A DNA stretch of 64,000 nucleotides from Fervidobacterium sp. (lineage in GTDB: Bacteria > Thermotogota > Thermotogae > Thermotogales > Fervidobacteriaceae), in the NCBI GenBank assembly GCA_049970055.1, contig JBMFNR010000001.1, positions 597,165 through 661,164 of the forward strand, written 5' to 3'. Shown piece after piece: positions 32,105 through 42,708 of the stretch. Both the position numbers and the translations under genes were made by a program. How positions within the stretch are numbered: the first letter of the stretch is position 1; the number at the start of each line of letters is the position of its first letter. Below the pieces are notes generated by a model, which had not been told where the DNA came from, searched no databases, and worked only from the letters and a program-made list of their open reading frames with translations.

Positions 32105-33316
32105 GTGCTACCCACGAGTGGTTTCAGAAAATATATATCTATCGTAGGGCGAAGAAATGTTGGAAAATCATCTTTTATGAACTCCCTTACTGGTCAAGAA
32201 ACATCTATAGTCAGTGATACGCCAGGTACAACAACAGATCCCGTCCAAAAATCTATGGAACTTTACCCGCTAGGTCCCATCACTTTAATTGATACACCTG
32301 GACTTGACGATGTAGGTGAGCTTGGAGAAAAGCGTGTTCAAAAAGCGTTAAAAGCATTTTATAAATCTGATGGAGGAATACTTGTCGTTGACGACTTCCC
32401 AGGACAGTACGAAGAGCAAATTAGAAGAATATTCAGTGAACTTGAGATACCATTCATTGTAGTTGTAAATAAGGCAGATATACTTGGAGCGAAAGCGAAC
32501 GAAATAGCTCAAAAGTATAAAGAAAGATTTTCAGTTCCTGTGTTCATCGTAAGTGCTCTCAATCGATTTGGTTTTGAACAAATAAGCAAAGTTCTGAATG
32601 AGATAATACCAAATGACGAAGAAATTCCGTTTATACCTGATTTTGTTGATGGTGGAGACATTGTTGTACTTGTTGTACCAATTGATCTTGGTGCACCAAA
32701 AGGAAGATTGATCATGCCACAAGTACATGCGATAAGAGAAGTACTTGACAGAGAAGCGGTGGCTATTGTTACAAAGGAAAGAGAGCTTAGGTATACACTT
32801 GAAAGGCTTAATGAAAAGCCCAAATTAGTTATAACGGATTCCCAAGCAGTTATGAAAGTTGCGTCGGATGTACCAGAAGATGTTTATCTGACAACATTTT
32901 CAATATTGGAAGCACGTTACCGTGGCGATATACACTACTTTGTAGAAAGTGTGTACAAAATAGAGGATCTGAAAGATGGTGACACGGTAATTATTATGGA
33001 AGGATGCACGCATAGACCGTTGACGGAAGATATCGGTAGAGTAAAGATTCCGAGGTGGCTTGTGAACCACACTGGTGCGAATGTTAATTTTAAGATATGG
33101 GCCGGAGTTGATATGCCAGATTACGAAGAAGTAGCGGATGCAAAGTTAGTAATTCATTGTGGTGGATGTGTTAATACGAGAAATCAAATCATGAGAAGAG
33201 TACGAATGTTCAAAAGATTAGGCATCCCTATGACTAATTATGGCATAGTTATTTCTTACATGCATGGTGTACTTGAAAGAGTATTGAAACCTCTGGGAAT
33301 TAGTGTTGAGATTTAA
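32105..33316 (+). CDS. hydF: [FeFe]-hydrogenase maturation GTPase HydF
   Basis: [29 protein letters not shown]...HCGGC. Confidence 0.96.
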   Translation: MLPTSGFRKYISIVGRRNVGKSSFMNSLTGQETSIVSDTPGTTTDPVQKSMELYPLGPITLIDTPGLDDVGELGEKRVQKALKAFYKSDGGILVVDDFPGQYEEQIRRIFSELEIPFIVVVNKADILGAKANEIAQKYKERFSVPVFIVSALNRFGFEQISKVLNEIIPNDEEIPFIPDFVDGGDIVVLVVPIDLGAPKGRLIMPQVHAIREVLDREAVAIVTKERELRYTLERLNEKPKLVITDSQAVMKVASDVPEDVYLTTFSILEARYRGDIHYFVESVYKIEDLKDGDTVIIMEGCTHRPLTEDIGRVKIPRWLVNHTGANVNFKIWAGVDMPDYEEVADAKLVIHCGGCVNTRNQIMRRVRMFKRLGIPMTNYGIVISYMHGVLERVLKPLGISVEI

Positions 33317-33329
33317 ACGGAGGTATGCG

Positions 33330-34709
33330 ATGGACAAACGAGTAGAGAAAGATTACCTGGGTGAAATGGAGATACCTTCAGAAGCTTATTATGGCATTGC
33401 CACAAAAAGGGCCCTTGGACTATTTCCACCAACTGGTGAACAGTTTGACGAAAAATTTATATGGGCATACTTTATGGTCAAGAAAGCTGCAGCTTTTCTA
33501 AATGGGCAGTTAGGATACCTGAGTCCAGAAATTTCAAATGCTATTCAACAAGCTTGTGATGAGTGGGAAGAAATGAAAAAGTACATAGTAGTTGATCCAT
33601 TGTGTGGCGGTGCCGGTACATCTGTAAATTTGAATATAAATGAAGTAATTGCGAATAAAGCTACGCAATTACTTGGTGGATTGAAAGGTCAATACATCGT
33701 AGATCCTTATGATCACGTTAATCTTCATCAATCTACGAATGACACATTTGTCACAGCAGGTAAAATAGCAGTTATTGTTAGACTTCGAGAACTAGTTGAC
33801 GCAGTTATAAAGCTACAGGAAGCGATACAAGAAAAAGAAAAAGAATACTACTCAGTACGTACTATAGCAAGAACACAACTCATGGATGCTGTTCCTATTC
33901 TCATGGGACAACAATTTGGTGCGTGGGCGGATGCACTGGCGAGAGATAGATGGCGATTAAACAAAGTTGAAGAACGTATAAGAAGTGTCAACATAGGTGG
34001 AACCGCTGTTGGAACGGGAATAGGTGTTCCAAAAGAGTACATCTTGAAAATCGTAGACGTATTAAGACAAACAGCGAATGTTAAAATTGCAAAAGCGGAG
34101 AATTTGATTGATGCCACGCAAAACCTCGATGTATTTTCCGAAGTCCAAGGTTTGCTTAAAGCATTAGCTGTGAACTTATACAAAATAGCCAACGATATAA
34201 GACTACTTGGTAGTGGTCCAAATACTGCGATCGGTGAATTTGAACTACCAAAAGTACAAGTAGGAAGCTCCATAATGCCAGGAAAAGTTAATCCAGTTGT
34301 CCCAGAATACGTCATGCAAATCGCATTGGTAGTATTTGGACATGACGAAATTGTTTCTCATGCTTGCGCTCAAGGCAATCTACAACTTAACCAATTTGCA
34401 CCTGTGATAGTACATTACACATTAAAATCTCACACACTTTTAACAAATGCTTGCAGAACTCTAACAGACTACATATATAAGCTAAAGGTAAATAAGAATA
34501 TTTGTCAAGAGCACTTGAGGAAATCGTCGGCAAACCTAACACCACTTATAAATTACTTTGGGTACGAAAAAGTTGCCAATGCAGTTGTAAAATCGAACTG
34601 GGACATTAATAAAACATTAGAGATGCTTGCAAATGAAGAAGGAATTTCTGTTGAAGAGCTTCTAAAAAAATTGAACTTAAACAAAATGGTTGGACTTGGA
34701 TATCACTGA
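33330..34709 (+). CDS. aspA: Aspartate ammonia-lyase
   Basis: GAGTS, QSTND, RTQLMDA, GSSIMPGKVNP signature. Confidence 0.85.
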   Translation: MDKRVEKDYLGEMEIPSEAYYGIATKRALGLFPPTGEQFDEKFIWAYFMVKKAAAFLNGQLGYLSPEISNAIQQACDEWEEMKKYIVVDPLCGGAGTSVNLNINEVIANKATQLLGGLKGQYIVDPYDHVNLHQSTNDTFVTAGKIAVIVRLRELVDAVIKLQEAIQEKEKEYYSVRTIARTQLMDAVPILMGQQFGAWADALARDRWRLNKVEERIRSVNIGGTAVGTGIGVPKEYILKIVDVLRQTANVKIAKAENLIDATQNLDVFSEVQGLLKALAVNLYKIANDIRLLGSGPNTAIGEFELPKVQVGSSIMPGKVNPVVPEYVMQIALVVFGHDEIVSHACAQGNLQLNQFAPVIVHYTLKSHTLLTNACRTLTDYIYKLKVNKNICQEHLRKSSANLTPLINYFGYEKVANAVVKSNWDINKTLEMLANEEGISVEELLKKLNLNKMVGLGYH

Positions 34710-34760
34710 ACATTAATAAAAATTCGCTAAACATCACTAAGCATGACTATGCATCACTAA
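34700..34760. repeat. Imperfect 10-bp tandem repeat (RCATCACTAA)
   Basis: ACATCACTAA GCATGACTAT GCATCACTAA at 34731-60, with degenerate copies upstream. Confidence 0.5.
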
Positions 34761-34765
34761 ATTCA

Positions 34766-36865
34766 TTACATACATCTGTACTTCACTTCGTTGGGTTTAA
34801 GTACTTCATGAAAAATTTTTTCTCCAACTTTCAGTGCTATGCTTTTCTTGTAACTGTCTGTGTTCATAACTAACACAGACTTTCCGTCTTTTATCAAGAA
34901 GGGATACGTTCCCACAACATCTTTACTTTCACCAATAACTTCACATTTAGGATTAGTACCCAGGATAAATAATAACTCTTTGAAGAGTTTGTAATGACAA
35001 TTATAATGAGCTGATAGAATCATCGCATTTCTGTCTTTTAGATAAGCTGAACAAATGCTATTGCTTTGTGTAACTTCAGCAATTGGTAAAAAATCTCCAA
35101 CCGGCATTATTTCGCGAGCCCAGAAAGTGCGAAACTCCGGAAATTTTGGAAGATTTGATGCGTAAGATGGTGAAATTGAGGGAAAAAAACCATGTGAGGC
35201 AACAAATTCTCTGCCGGGTTTCACAGAAAGGTAATCAACTAAAATTGTGCATCGCTGACCATACTCATTATAAATTGGCAAATCACCATACAATATTGTC
35301 TTTCCACCAGCTGATATGAAATCCGCTATTTTCTTTTGTAATTTGCATGAAAGGTACTTAGCTGTAGGAACAATCAAAATTTTATGCATATCAGGTGTAT
35401 TATTTTCTATATCAACAAAGTTATACCTATAGCCTGATATTAGAAGTCCTTTAAGAAAGCTATCCCAGAAGTTGTATCCCCTATGTGTTTCCAAATTAAC
35501 CTTCTTTGATACATCTTTGTAAAAGTACTCTGTATTGTAATATTCCTTGACAAAAGCAACTGAAACATCATCATATTCAATTTCAGTATTATTATTGTTT
35601 TTAATCACACTTTGCACTACTTTATTACCGATTTTCAAATAATGATACGAGTAATCCTTCTCTCCATCTGGTGATAAAGGGGCAGCGAAGCCATGCCTTT
35701 CCCCGGTGAATCCTATCCTACTGTTACCGTCATGTATACTTATGTCAAGCTTTGGATTTATACCACCTGAAAATAGATAATAATTGATTAATCTATTTCC
35801 TTGCAATACGGATAACAACGTTTTGTAGATTATGCTGTGAGGATGAATTCTCTCGCTGTAATCATCCCCATAATTACCATTTCCGCATTCGAATTCCATG
35901 GAACCGTAAATTTTACCAATTGCAGTGGATTTTACAACTTCATTGATATTCCACAAATCGTGAAAATTCTTTATCGAAAGTGTTCCAATATATATGTCGG
36001 TGGTTGGAATGATATCTGGCTCACGAAATGTGTCGTAAAGCTGTGACACACCTATTGGAAAGTTGTGTGCTCGCCCACCACTAGTTCCATGAATATTAAT
36101 TATAAATGGGACATCGATACCGAGCTCTAAAAAAATACTTTTGAGATTCTTCACATATTGCGCAAATTCGTATCGTGAAAATTTTGAGTAATCAACTATA
36201 AATTGTTCACGAAAATCCCCTTCAGGACTTCTTAGTTTTTCAAACACATCAGGGCACTTTTTTAGCTCAAAACTGTATTCCTTACTCTTGTTTCTACGCA
36301 AAATCCAGTCTACAAATCTTGACAAAGTAAAATCAGAAAGATCTGGAGAGTTAGTGACCCACTGTAGCATACCAATTTCGTTATCCAGTTGTATGGCAAT
36401 AATGTTCCCACCATTGGTAATCAAATATTTGACAACGATCTGCGCAATTTTAGAATACCAGCGTTTTACCTCATTTAGGAAATCTGGATGGTTGTAAATA
36501 ACTGTCGCATTTTCAACCATTTTTCCATCCCAAGTCTTTGGCTTTATGTGTGGATATTTTTCGTAAATCCAGTACGGGATTCCTTCATTTTTCAGTTCTG
36601 CCATAACAAATGGACCTGGCCGTATAATAAAGTAAAGATTATGCTTTTGAACAAGCCGAATGAATTTTTCTAGGTTGTACCAACCTTTGAAGTTATAAAG
36701 ATTTTCTTTTTGCTCGTGGACAAGCCAAGGAATATATGAAGAGATCGTATTGCAACCAGCTTTTTTTGCGTCTAAAATTCGATCTTCCCAGACGTATGGT
36801 GGCAATCTGAAGTAATGAATTTCAGCAGAAATCAATAACTTTTCGAAGATTTTTGTTGAATTCAT
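34766..36865 (-). CDS. GH35-family glycoside hydrolase/transglycosylase
   Basis: AEIHYFR, YIPW..HE, RPGPFVMAE, QLDNE acid/base, MEFECG nucleophile, NYYLFSGG. Confidence 0.85.
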   Translation of the reverse strand: MNSTKIFEKLLISAEIHYFRLPPYVWEDRILDAKKAGCNTISSYIPWLVHEQKENLYNFKGWYNLEKFIRLVQKHNLYFIIRPGPFVMAELKNEGIPYWIYEKYPHIKPKTWDGKMVENATVIYNHPDFLNEVKRWYSKIAQIVVKYLITNGGNIIAIQLDNEIGMLQWVTNSPDLSDFTLSRFVDWILRRNKSKEYSFELKKCPDVFEKLRSPEGDFREQFIVDYSKFSRYEFAQYVKNLKSIFLELGIDVPFIINIHGTSGGRAHNFPIGVSQLYDTFREPDIIPTTDIYIGTLSIKNFHDLWNINEVVKSTAIGKIYGSMEFECGNGNYGDDYSERIHPHSIIYKTLLSVLQGNRLINYYLFSGGINPKLDISIHDGNSRIGFTGERHGFAAPLSPDGEKDYSYHYLKIGNKVVQSVIKNNNNTEIEYDDVSVAFVKEYYNTEYFYKDVSKKVNLETHRGYNFWDSFLKGLLISGYRYNFVDIENNTPDMHKILIVPTAKYLSCKLQKKIADFISAGGKTILYGDLPIYNEYGQRCTILVDYLSVKPGREFVASHGFFPSISPSYASNLPKFPEFRTFWAREIMPVGDFLPIAEVTQSNSICSAYLKDRNAMILSAHYNCHYKLFKELLFILGTNPKCEVIGESKDVVGTYPFLIKDGKSVLVMNTDSYKKSIALKVGEKIFHEVLKPNEVKYRCM

Positions 36866-36912
36866 AAGAATTCCTCCCCGATTTTAATTTGCAGATGTTA
36901 TTCGAATGTATT

Positions 36913-36984
36913 ATATACCGTTTCAATCAAATTTCATATGAAAATTCAGAAACTCTTGTGGTAAAATTTATTGAAACGATTCGA
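36913..36984. promoter_or_regulatory. Two LacI-type operators in the divergent promoter region
   Basis: ATATACCGTTTCAA (36913-26) and TTGAAACGATTCGA (36971-84); extended -10 TGTGGTAAAAT nearby. Confidence 0.65.
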
Positions 36985-37023
36985 CAATAAACCAAAAAAA
37001 CTTGTTTCGGGAGGGTAAAGCAC

Positions 37024-38025
37024 ATGGCAACCATAAAAGATGTTGCAAAAAAGGCTGGTGTTTCAGTGTCAACCGTGTCGTATGTTTTAAACAACACCGG
37101 AAAGATCAGTCAGAAAACGAAGGAAAAGGTTTTGCAGGCTGCTGCGGAATTAAATTACATCCCAAATACCTTTGCAAAAAGACTTAAAAAACAACAGTAC
37201 GATCTTGTTGCTCTAATTGTTCACGAGATTAAAGGCCCTTTTTATGATGCGCTTGTGAGAGGTGTGCAGGACGTTTTACATTCTTTTGGTTACAATTTAC
37301 TGATCTACTGTACACTTGAAAATAGAAAAGAAGACGTTGATAAATTTTTAAGAACAGGTATAGTTGGTGGTTTCTTAGTCCTGACGCCTGCTGTAAAAAA
37401 CGAGAATTTGCTTAAATGGGCAAATGAGTTTAAGATAGTTACACTTGATCGAACATTGAAAGATCCTCGCATAAAAAGCGTACGTATAAACAATGAAAAA
37501 GGTGCTTACGAAGTTGTTAAATATTTATACAGTTTCGGTCATAGAATAATCGGATTTGTGAAAGGTTCCTCAGACTCATTAGATGCAAGAGAAAGATTCA
37601 GAGGATTTAGCATGGCAATGAATGAGTTAAAGCTTGAAATTGATGAGAAATACATTTTGGAAGGCGATTTCACGGAAGAATCAGGGTACGAAGCCATTAG
37701 AAATTTTCTAAAAAAACATGGAAAAAAACAACTTCCAACGGCTTTCTTTTGTGCAAATGATGAGATGGCAATTGGTGCACTGAAAGCATTTAAAGAATAC
37801 GGTATCACTGTACCGGATGATATTTCAATCGTGGGATTTGACGATATAGAGCTATCCTCGTATGTTCATCCGACACTTACTACTGTGCGAAGACCTATGT
37901 ATCAACTTGGTTCTATAGCCGCTCATATGCTTTTAAGCTTAATGGCTGATAAAGAAGAAGGATTATCAAATGTCGTGCTAGATGTTGAACTTGTTCCAAG
38001 GGAGTCTACAAAGAAATTGGAATGA
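37024..38025 (+). CDS. LacI-family transcriptional regulator
   Basis: TIKDVAKKAGVSVSTVS HTH, ANDEMA, GFDD, PTLTTV. Confidence 0.96.
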   Translation: MATIKDVAKKAGVSVSTVSYVLNNTGKISQKTKEKVLQAAAELNYIPNTFAKRLKKQQYDLVALIVHEIKGPFYDALVRGVQDVLHSFGYNLLIYCTLENRKEDVDKFLRTGIVGGFLVLTPAVKNENLLKWANEFKIVTLDRTLKDPRIKSVRINNEKGAYEVVKYLYSFGHRIIGFVKGSSDSLDARERFRGFSMAMNELKLEIDEKYILEGDFTEESGYEAIRNFLKKHGKKQLPTAFFCANDEMAIGALKAFKEYGITVPDDISIVGFDDIELSSYVHPTLTTVRRPMYQLGSIAAHMLLSLMADKEEGLSNVVLDVELVPRESTKKLE

Positions 38026-38154
38026 TTTTGGAAGTAATTTAAAGTATTGTCAAGTTTGATGGCAAAGTTCGCTGTTTTTTGCAATAATAAAAGACTTTTC
38101 AGCCAATATTGGTATTTCGTTTTACTATACTCTTTGTGGTACCATTGAACAAAA

Positions 38155-38168
38155 GTGAAACGTTTCAA
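38155..38168. promoter_or_regulatory. LacI operator of the sugar operon
   Basis: Perfect palindrome TGAAACGTTTCA just downstream of -10 TGTGGTACCAT. Confidence 0.8.
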
Positions 38169-38219
38169 TACACTTTCACTTTAATAGTTGGTTAAAGATT
38201 GGTTCTGGAGTTGATAAGT

Positions 38220-40304
38220 TTGAAGAAAGTGATTACAAGAGATGGAAAGTTCATAGTAAATGGAAAGGAAAAATTTTTATTCTCCGCTGAAGTGCACTAT
38301 TTTAGGCTACCACCGGATGAATGGGAAGATAGGCTGACAAAAATCAAAGAGGCGGGGTTTGATACAGTAAGCTTTTACGTGCCTTGGTTTTTCCACGAAA
38401 TTGAGAACGGAGCTTTTGATTTCGAAGGAAAGAGTGGCGAAAGAAAGAACATTAAAGCTTTTGTTGAACTTACAAAAAGTTTTGGACTCGATATTATATT
38501 CAAGCCAGGTCCATATGTGATGTCGGAGTTGAAAAATGAGGGTTTACCGGAATGGTTGTACAACACAATCCCACACGCAATAGCAAAAACACTTAACGGA
38601 GACACACATCCAACTAAAGTGTTTTCATATCTACATAATGATTATCTGAAGTATGTGAAGAGATGGTATGACAATGTGCTACAGGTTGCTAAAGATGGCA
38701 ATTTGCTTCTTATTCAAATAGATAACGAAGTAGGTATGCTTCAATGGATAACAGGGCAAGGCGATTACAACAAAGATACGATTGAAAAGTTCAAAGAGTA
38801 TTTAAAAGGACTAGGTGATAAAAGTTTGCTGGATGAATTATCAAATTGGTCATATGGGAAGGGCTTTTCAAAAAAATTGTTGATTAAGTATCATGAATTT
38901 TCTAGGTGGTATTATTTCAACTACTTAAAAGTGCTTAGAAGATACGTAGAAGAATCAGGAATAGATGTACCTGTTATAGTTAACATACATGGTTTTGATA
39001 TGGTGGAATATGCAAAGCGTGGAAAAAATTATCCTGTTGGTGTTTCACAACTAATGAAAAGTGCGTTGATAAAGAATGTCATTCTTTCTGGAGACTATTA
39101 CATAGGTAATGTTATTCACGAAAATTTTTCTGATCTTGCTATCGCTAACGCAATTATGTATGCTGTACAAAGTAAAGAGCAACCTCTATTCTCCGCAGAA
39201 TTTCAAAGTGGTTTTCAACTTGATAAACCAAAACTTTTACCTTCTACACTTGACTTAACTTCAAGATTGTGCATGGGTAATGGTATGAACGGAATTAACT
39301 ACTATATGTTCACGGGTGGATACAATCCTAAGGGTACAGGGTTGCTTGGAGAATACCATGATTGGCAAGCACCGATAAGTGCAGATGGAATGGTGAGAAA
39401 AAGTTATTATGTTTTGAAAGAGCTAATAAATGAAGTGAAATCAATTGAGCATGAGCTTGTAAATTCTAAACCTGTTTTCGACACGTTCTTTGGTTTCATC
39501 CCAGTTTATTACGCAACGGAATTTTTTAAGGAACACGGTGTAGATGAAGGAGATATACATTTCAAAAGGGATATTTTGATCTTTGATGGTGTGATGAGAG
39601 CTTTGAAGTTATTGAATGTAAATTTCGGAGGCGTAAATTTACAGGACGTTGAAATAGATGATTTAAAAAACTATCCTTCACTTTGGGTCTTTTCGCACAA
39701 ATGGATGCCGAAAAGTGTACAGCAAAAACTGATTGAATATGTCAAAATTGGTGGAAAGTTGATAATTTTTCCCGAGTTGCCAACGGAAGATGAGTTTGGG
39801 AATGAATGCTCAGAGTTAATTGAGGGCATCAACGTTAAAATTTATGAAAAGCGTAGCTGGGACTTCGCCAATGTTTTTAACACCGAGATTAATACTTACC
39901 ATGTTGAATCTTACAAAGTCAATGGTGAATATGAGCAATTCGGCGTAAGTAATTATAACTATGTGTGTGCGTTTAGGAAATCTTTAGGTAAAGGAGTTAT
40001 TTTCGTACTTGGTTGTGGTGTAGAAATCGAACGTGAGTACAAATTGAGCATTATTGAAAGGATTTTGGAAGTGATGCAAATCGAGAGAGCAATAAAGTTG
40101 ATTGGGGAAGGCTTTGTTGATGGATATTTACGTAAGGGGAATAAAAATTTTATTTTATTCTTAAACAATTATGATGATTACATAAAGAGAACGAAAGTAC
40201 TGATATACGGGAAATATTATGGAACTTATGAAGTAAATGCTCGAAGTGGGAGGATAATAACTGTTAAGAAAGATCAATTAGAAAGTGGGAGTGTGTTGAT
40301 ATGA
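38220..40304 (+). CDS. Second GH35-family enzyme
   Basis: AEVHYFR, KPGPYVMSE, QIDNE, AEFQSG, NYYMFTGG. Confidence 0.85.
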   Translation: MKKVITRDGKFIVNGKEKFLFSAEVHYFRLPPDEWEDRLTKIKEAGFDTVSFYVPWFFHEIENGAFDFEGKSGERKNIKAFVELTKSFGLDIIFKPGPYVMSELKNEGLPEWLYNTIPHAIAKTLNGDTHPTKVFSYLHNDYLKYVKRWYDNVLQVAKDGNLLLIQIDNEVGMLQWITGQGDYNKDTIEKFKEYLKGLGDKSLLDELSNWSYGKGFSKKLLIKYHEFSRWYYFNYLKVLRRYVEESGIDVPVIVNIHGFDMVEYAKRGKNYPVGVSQLMKSALIKNVILSGDYYIGNVIHENFSDLAIANAIMYAVQSKEQPLFSAEFQSGFQLDKPKLLPSTLDLTSRLCMGNGMNGINYYMFTGGYNPKGTGLLGEYHDWQAPISADGMVRKSYYVLKELINEVKSIEHELVNSKPVFDTFFGFIPVYYATEFFKEHGVDEGDIHFKRDILIFDGVMRALKLLNVNFGGVNLQDVEIDDLKNYPSLWVFSHKWMPKSVQQKLIEYVKIGGKLIIFPELPTEDEFGNECSELIEGINVKIYEKRSWDFANVFNTEINTYHVESYKVNGEYEQFGVSNYNYVCAFRKSLGKGVIFVLGCGVEIEREYKLSIIERILEVMQIERAIKLIGEGFVDGYLRKGNKNFILFLNNYDDYIKRTKVLIYGKYYGTYEVNARSGRIITVKKDQLESGSVLI

Positions 40305-42673
40305 GAAGATTATTCGAGAGTAAGTATGGATATTTCACATCGGGCGGGAAAGAGTACGTTATTACAGATCCCAGAACGCCAAGGCCCTGGGTTAATGTGA
40401 TAAGTAATGGCGACTACTCAATCATAGCATCCCATACTGGGAGCGGATATTCTTGGAGAGATAACGCAGGTCAGAATAGAATAACAAGGCTTTACCAAGA
40501 TTTAATAAAGGATAACTGGGGGAAATATTATTATATTCGCGATGTCGAAAGTAAGAAAGTGTGGTCAGCTACTTGGAAACCTGTGAAAGCACAATACCAA
40601 CTTTACGAAGTGGTACATGGTATAGGTTACACAATATACAAGCACAAGGTTGATAATGTTTATTCAGAGCTGAAAGTTTTTGTTGTCGTAAATGCACCTG
40701 TTGAAATTGCATGGCTAACAATAAAGAACGAAGGTACTAGAGGTAGAAGACTTGATGTCACATCTTATTTTGAGTGGGTACTTGGTAATTTCCCGGACGA
40801 ACACAGAGAATTTCATAAGCTTTTCATAGATCCTTCCTTTGAAGAAAATACAATTTTTGTTAGAAAGTATCTTGGGCAATTTCCCGACGAAAATGGACGC
40901 TGGAACAATACTGATTGGGATCACATTGCTTTCCACAGTGTAAGTCTTCCTGTTAAGTCCTTCACGTGTGATAAAGAAACTTTCATAGGTATGTATGGAA
41001 ATGATGAAAATCCCGATGGATTGAAATTCGATAAGCTTCCAAAAAGATGTGATCGGTTTGGGGATGCTTGTGCTTCGTTGCAAGTTGAAATTGATCTTCA
41101 GCCAGAAGAACATAAGGACATTGTCTTTACTATAGGCGCAGCAAAAATAGGTACTGAGGATCCAAAAGAACTTGCAAAACGATATACAACTGTCCAAGCA
41201 GCGATTAAAGAGTTTGAAAATGTTAAAAAATTTTGGAACAGCATGCTTGAAAACGAATTTGTTGAAACACCTGATGACGGACTTAACATCATGACAAACT
41301 ATTGGTTGAAGTATCAGGCAATCTCTGGAAGAATCTGGGCAAAATCAGGTTACTATCAAGTTTCCGCTGGATATGGGTTTAGAGACCAACTTCAAGACGC
41401 GCAAATTTTCTTTGCACTTAATCCCGAGCTCGCCAGAAAACAGATACTATTACACGCTGCACATCAATTTCAAGAAGGAGATGTACTCCATTGGTGGTTC
41501 ACGATACGCGGTGGAGGCCCAAGAACTCACTGCTCTGACGATTTGCTTTGGTTGCCATTTGTTACACAAGAGTACATCAAGGAAACTCTCGATTTTTTAA
41601 TTTTAGATGAAGTCGTTCCATTTGTTGACGGTGGAGAAGCTACTTTATATGAGCACTGTAAACGAGCTATAGAAAAATCATTCAAGCGTTTTTCACCAAG
41701 GGGCTTGCCATTGATTGGTGAGAACGATTGGAACGATGGCATGAATGCTGTTGGTACCGATTGGAAAGGTGAGAGTGTTTGGCTTGCACATTTTATGTAC
41801 AAACTATTGAATGATTTTGTACCGATAGCTGAACAAAAAGCGGATTTCAGATTTGCAAAAAAGTGTAAAGATGTTATGGAGACGTTGCGTGAATCAGTAA
41901 ACAAGTACGCGTGGGATGGTGAATGGTTTATACGCGCAACAAAAGACAGTGGTGAAGAAATTGGATCAAGTAAAAATGAAGAAGGAAAAATTTTTCTCAA
42001 TGCTCAGACATGGGCAGTTATTAGCGATATTACTGATCAACAGAGAAAATTAAAGTGCATAGAGGCTGTGAAAAAACATCTTTTAAAAGATTACGGCTCT
42101 TTGTTGCTTTATCCTGCATACACAAAGCCACAAAAAGACATAGGATATATAACACGTTATGCTCCAGGGCTACGGGAAAATGGTGGCGTGTATACACATG
42201 CTGCTACATGGGCGGTTTGGGCGTTTTCGCTTATGAAGGATGTTGAAGCAATGTACAAAGCCTATCGTGGAATATGCCCGCCGTACAGAAGTAATGACAT
42301 AGATAGATACATGGCAGAACCTTACGTAACATGTGGAAATTCCGATGGACCAATTTCACCATATTATGGGCGCGGTGGATGGACTTGGTATACTGGCTCG
42401 GCTCAGTGGCTTCAGAGAATTGCAACACATTGGATATTGGGTATTCGACCGAATTATGGATATATAGATATCGATCCAGTGATACCATCTGAGTGGGAAG
42501 GGTTCAAATATATCAGAAATTTCGATGAGGCAAAATATGTGATCGAAGTCAAAAATCCACAAAAAGTAAGTTACGGAGTCAAAAAGATCACATTCGATGG
42601 GAGGGAGGTTGAGAGAGTACCAATAGTTAAAGATGGTAAAACGCATATTGTAGAGGTGATTTTAGGTCATTAG
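40301..42673 (+). CDS. GH94 glycoside phosphorylase
   Basis: TPRPWVNV, GFRDQLQD, SDDLLWL, DWNDG, RENGGVYTHA, WYTGSA. Confidence 0.92.
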   Translation: MRRLFESKYGYFTSGGKEYVITDPRTPRPWVNVISNGDYSIIASHTGSGYSWRDNAGQNRITRLYQDLIKDNWGKYYYIRDVESKKVWSATWKPVKAQYQLYEVVHGIGYTIYKHKVDNVYSELKVFVVVNAPVEIAWLTIKNEGTRGRRLDVTSYFEWVLGNFPDEHREFHKLFIDPSFEENTIFVRKYLGQFPDENGRWNNTDWDHIAFHSVSLPVKSFTCDKETFIGMYGNDENPDGLKFDKLPKRCDRFGDACASLQVEIDLQPEEHKDIVFTIGAAKIGTEDPKELAKRYTTVQAAIKEFENVKKFWNSMLENEFVETPDDGLNIMTNYWLKYQAISGRIWAKSGYYQVSAGYGFRDQLQDAQIFFALNPELARKQILLHAAHQFQEGDVLHWWFTIRGGGPRTHCSDDLLWLPFVTQEYIKETLDFLILDEVVPFVDGGEATLYEHCKRAIEKSFKRFSPRGLPLIGENDWNDGMNAVGTDWKGESVWLAHFMYKLLNDFVPIAEQKADFRFAKKCKDVMETLRESVNKYAWDGEWFIRATKDSGEEIGSSKNEEGKIFLNAQTWAVISDITDQQRKLKCIEAVKKHLLKDYGSLLLYPAYTKPQKDIGYITRYAPGLRENGGVYTHAATWAVWAFSLMKDVEAMYKAYRGICPPYRSNDIDRYMAEPYVTCGNSDGPISPYYGRGGWTWYTGSAQWLQRIATHWILGIRPNYGYIDIDPVIPSEWEGFKYIRNFDEAKYVIEVKNPQKVSYGVKKITFDGREVERVPIVKDGKTHIVEVILGH

Positions 42674-42708
42674 TGTTCTCTACATTCATCTAAAGGGAGG
42701 AAAGTTGT

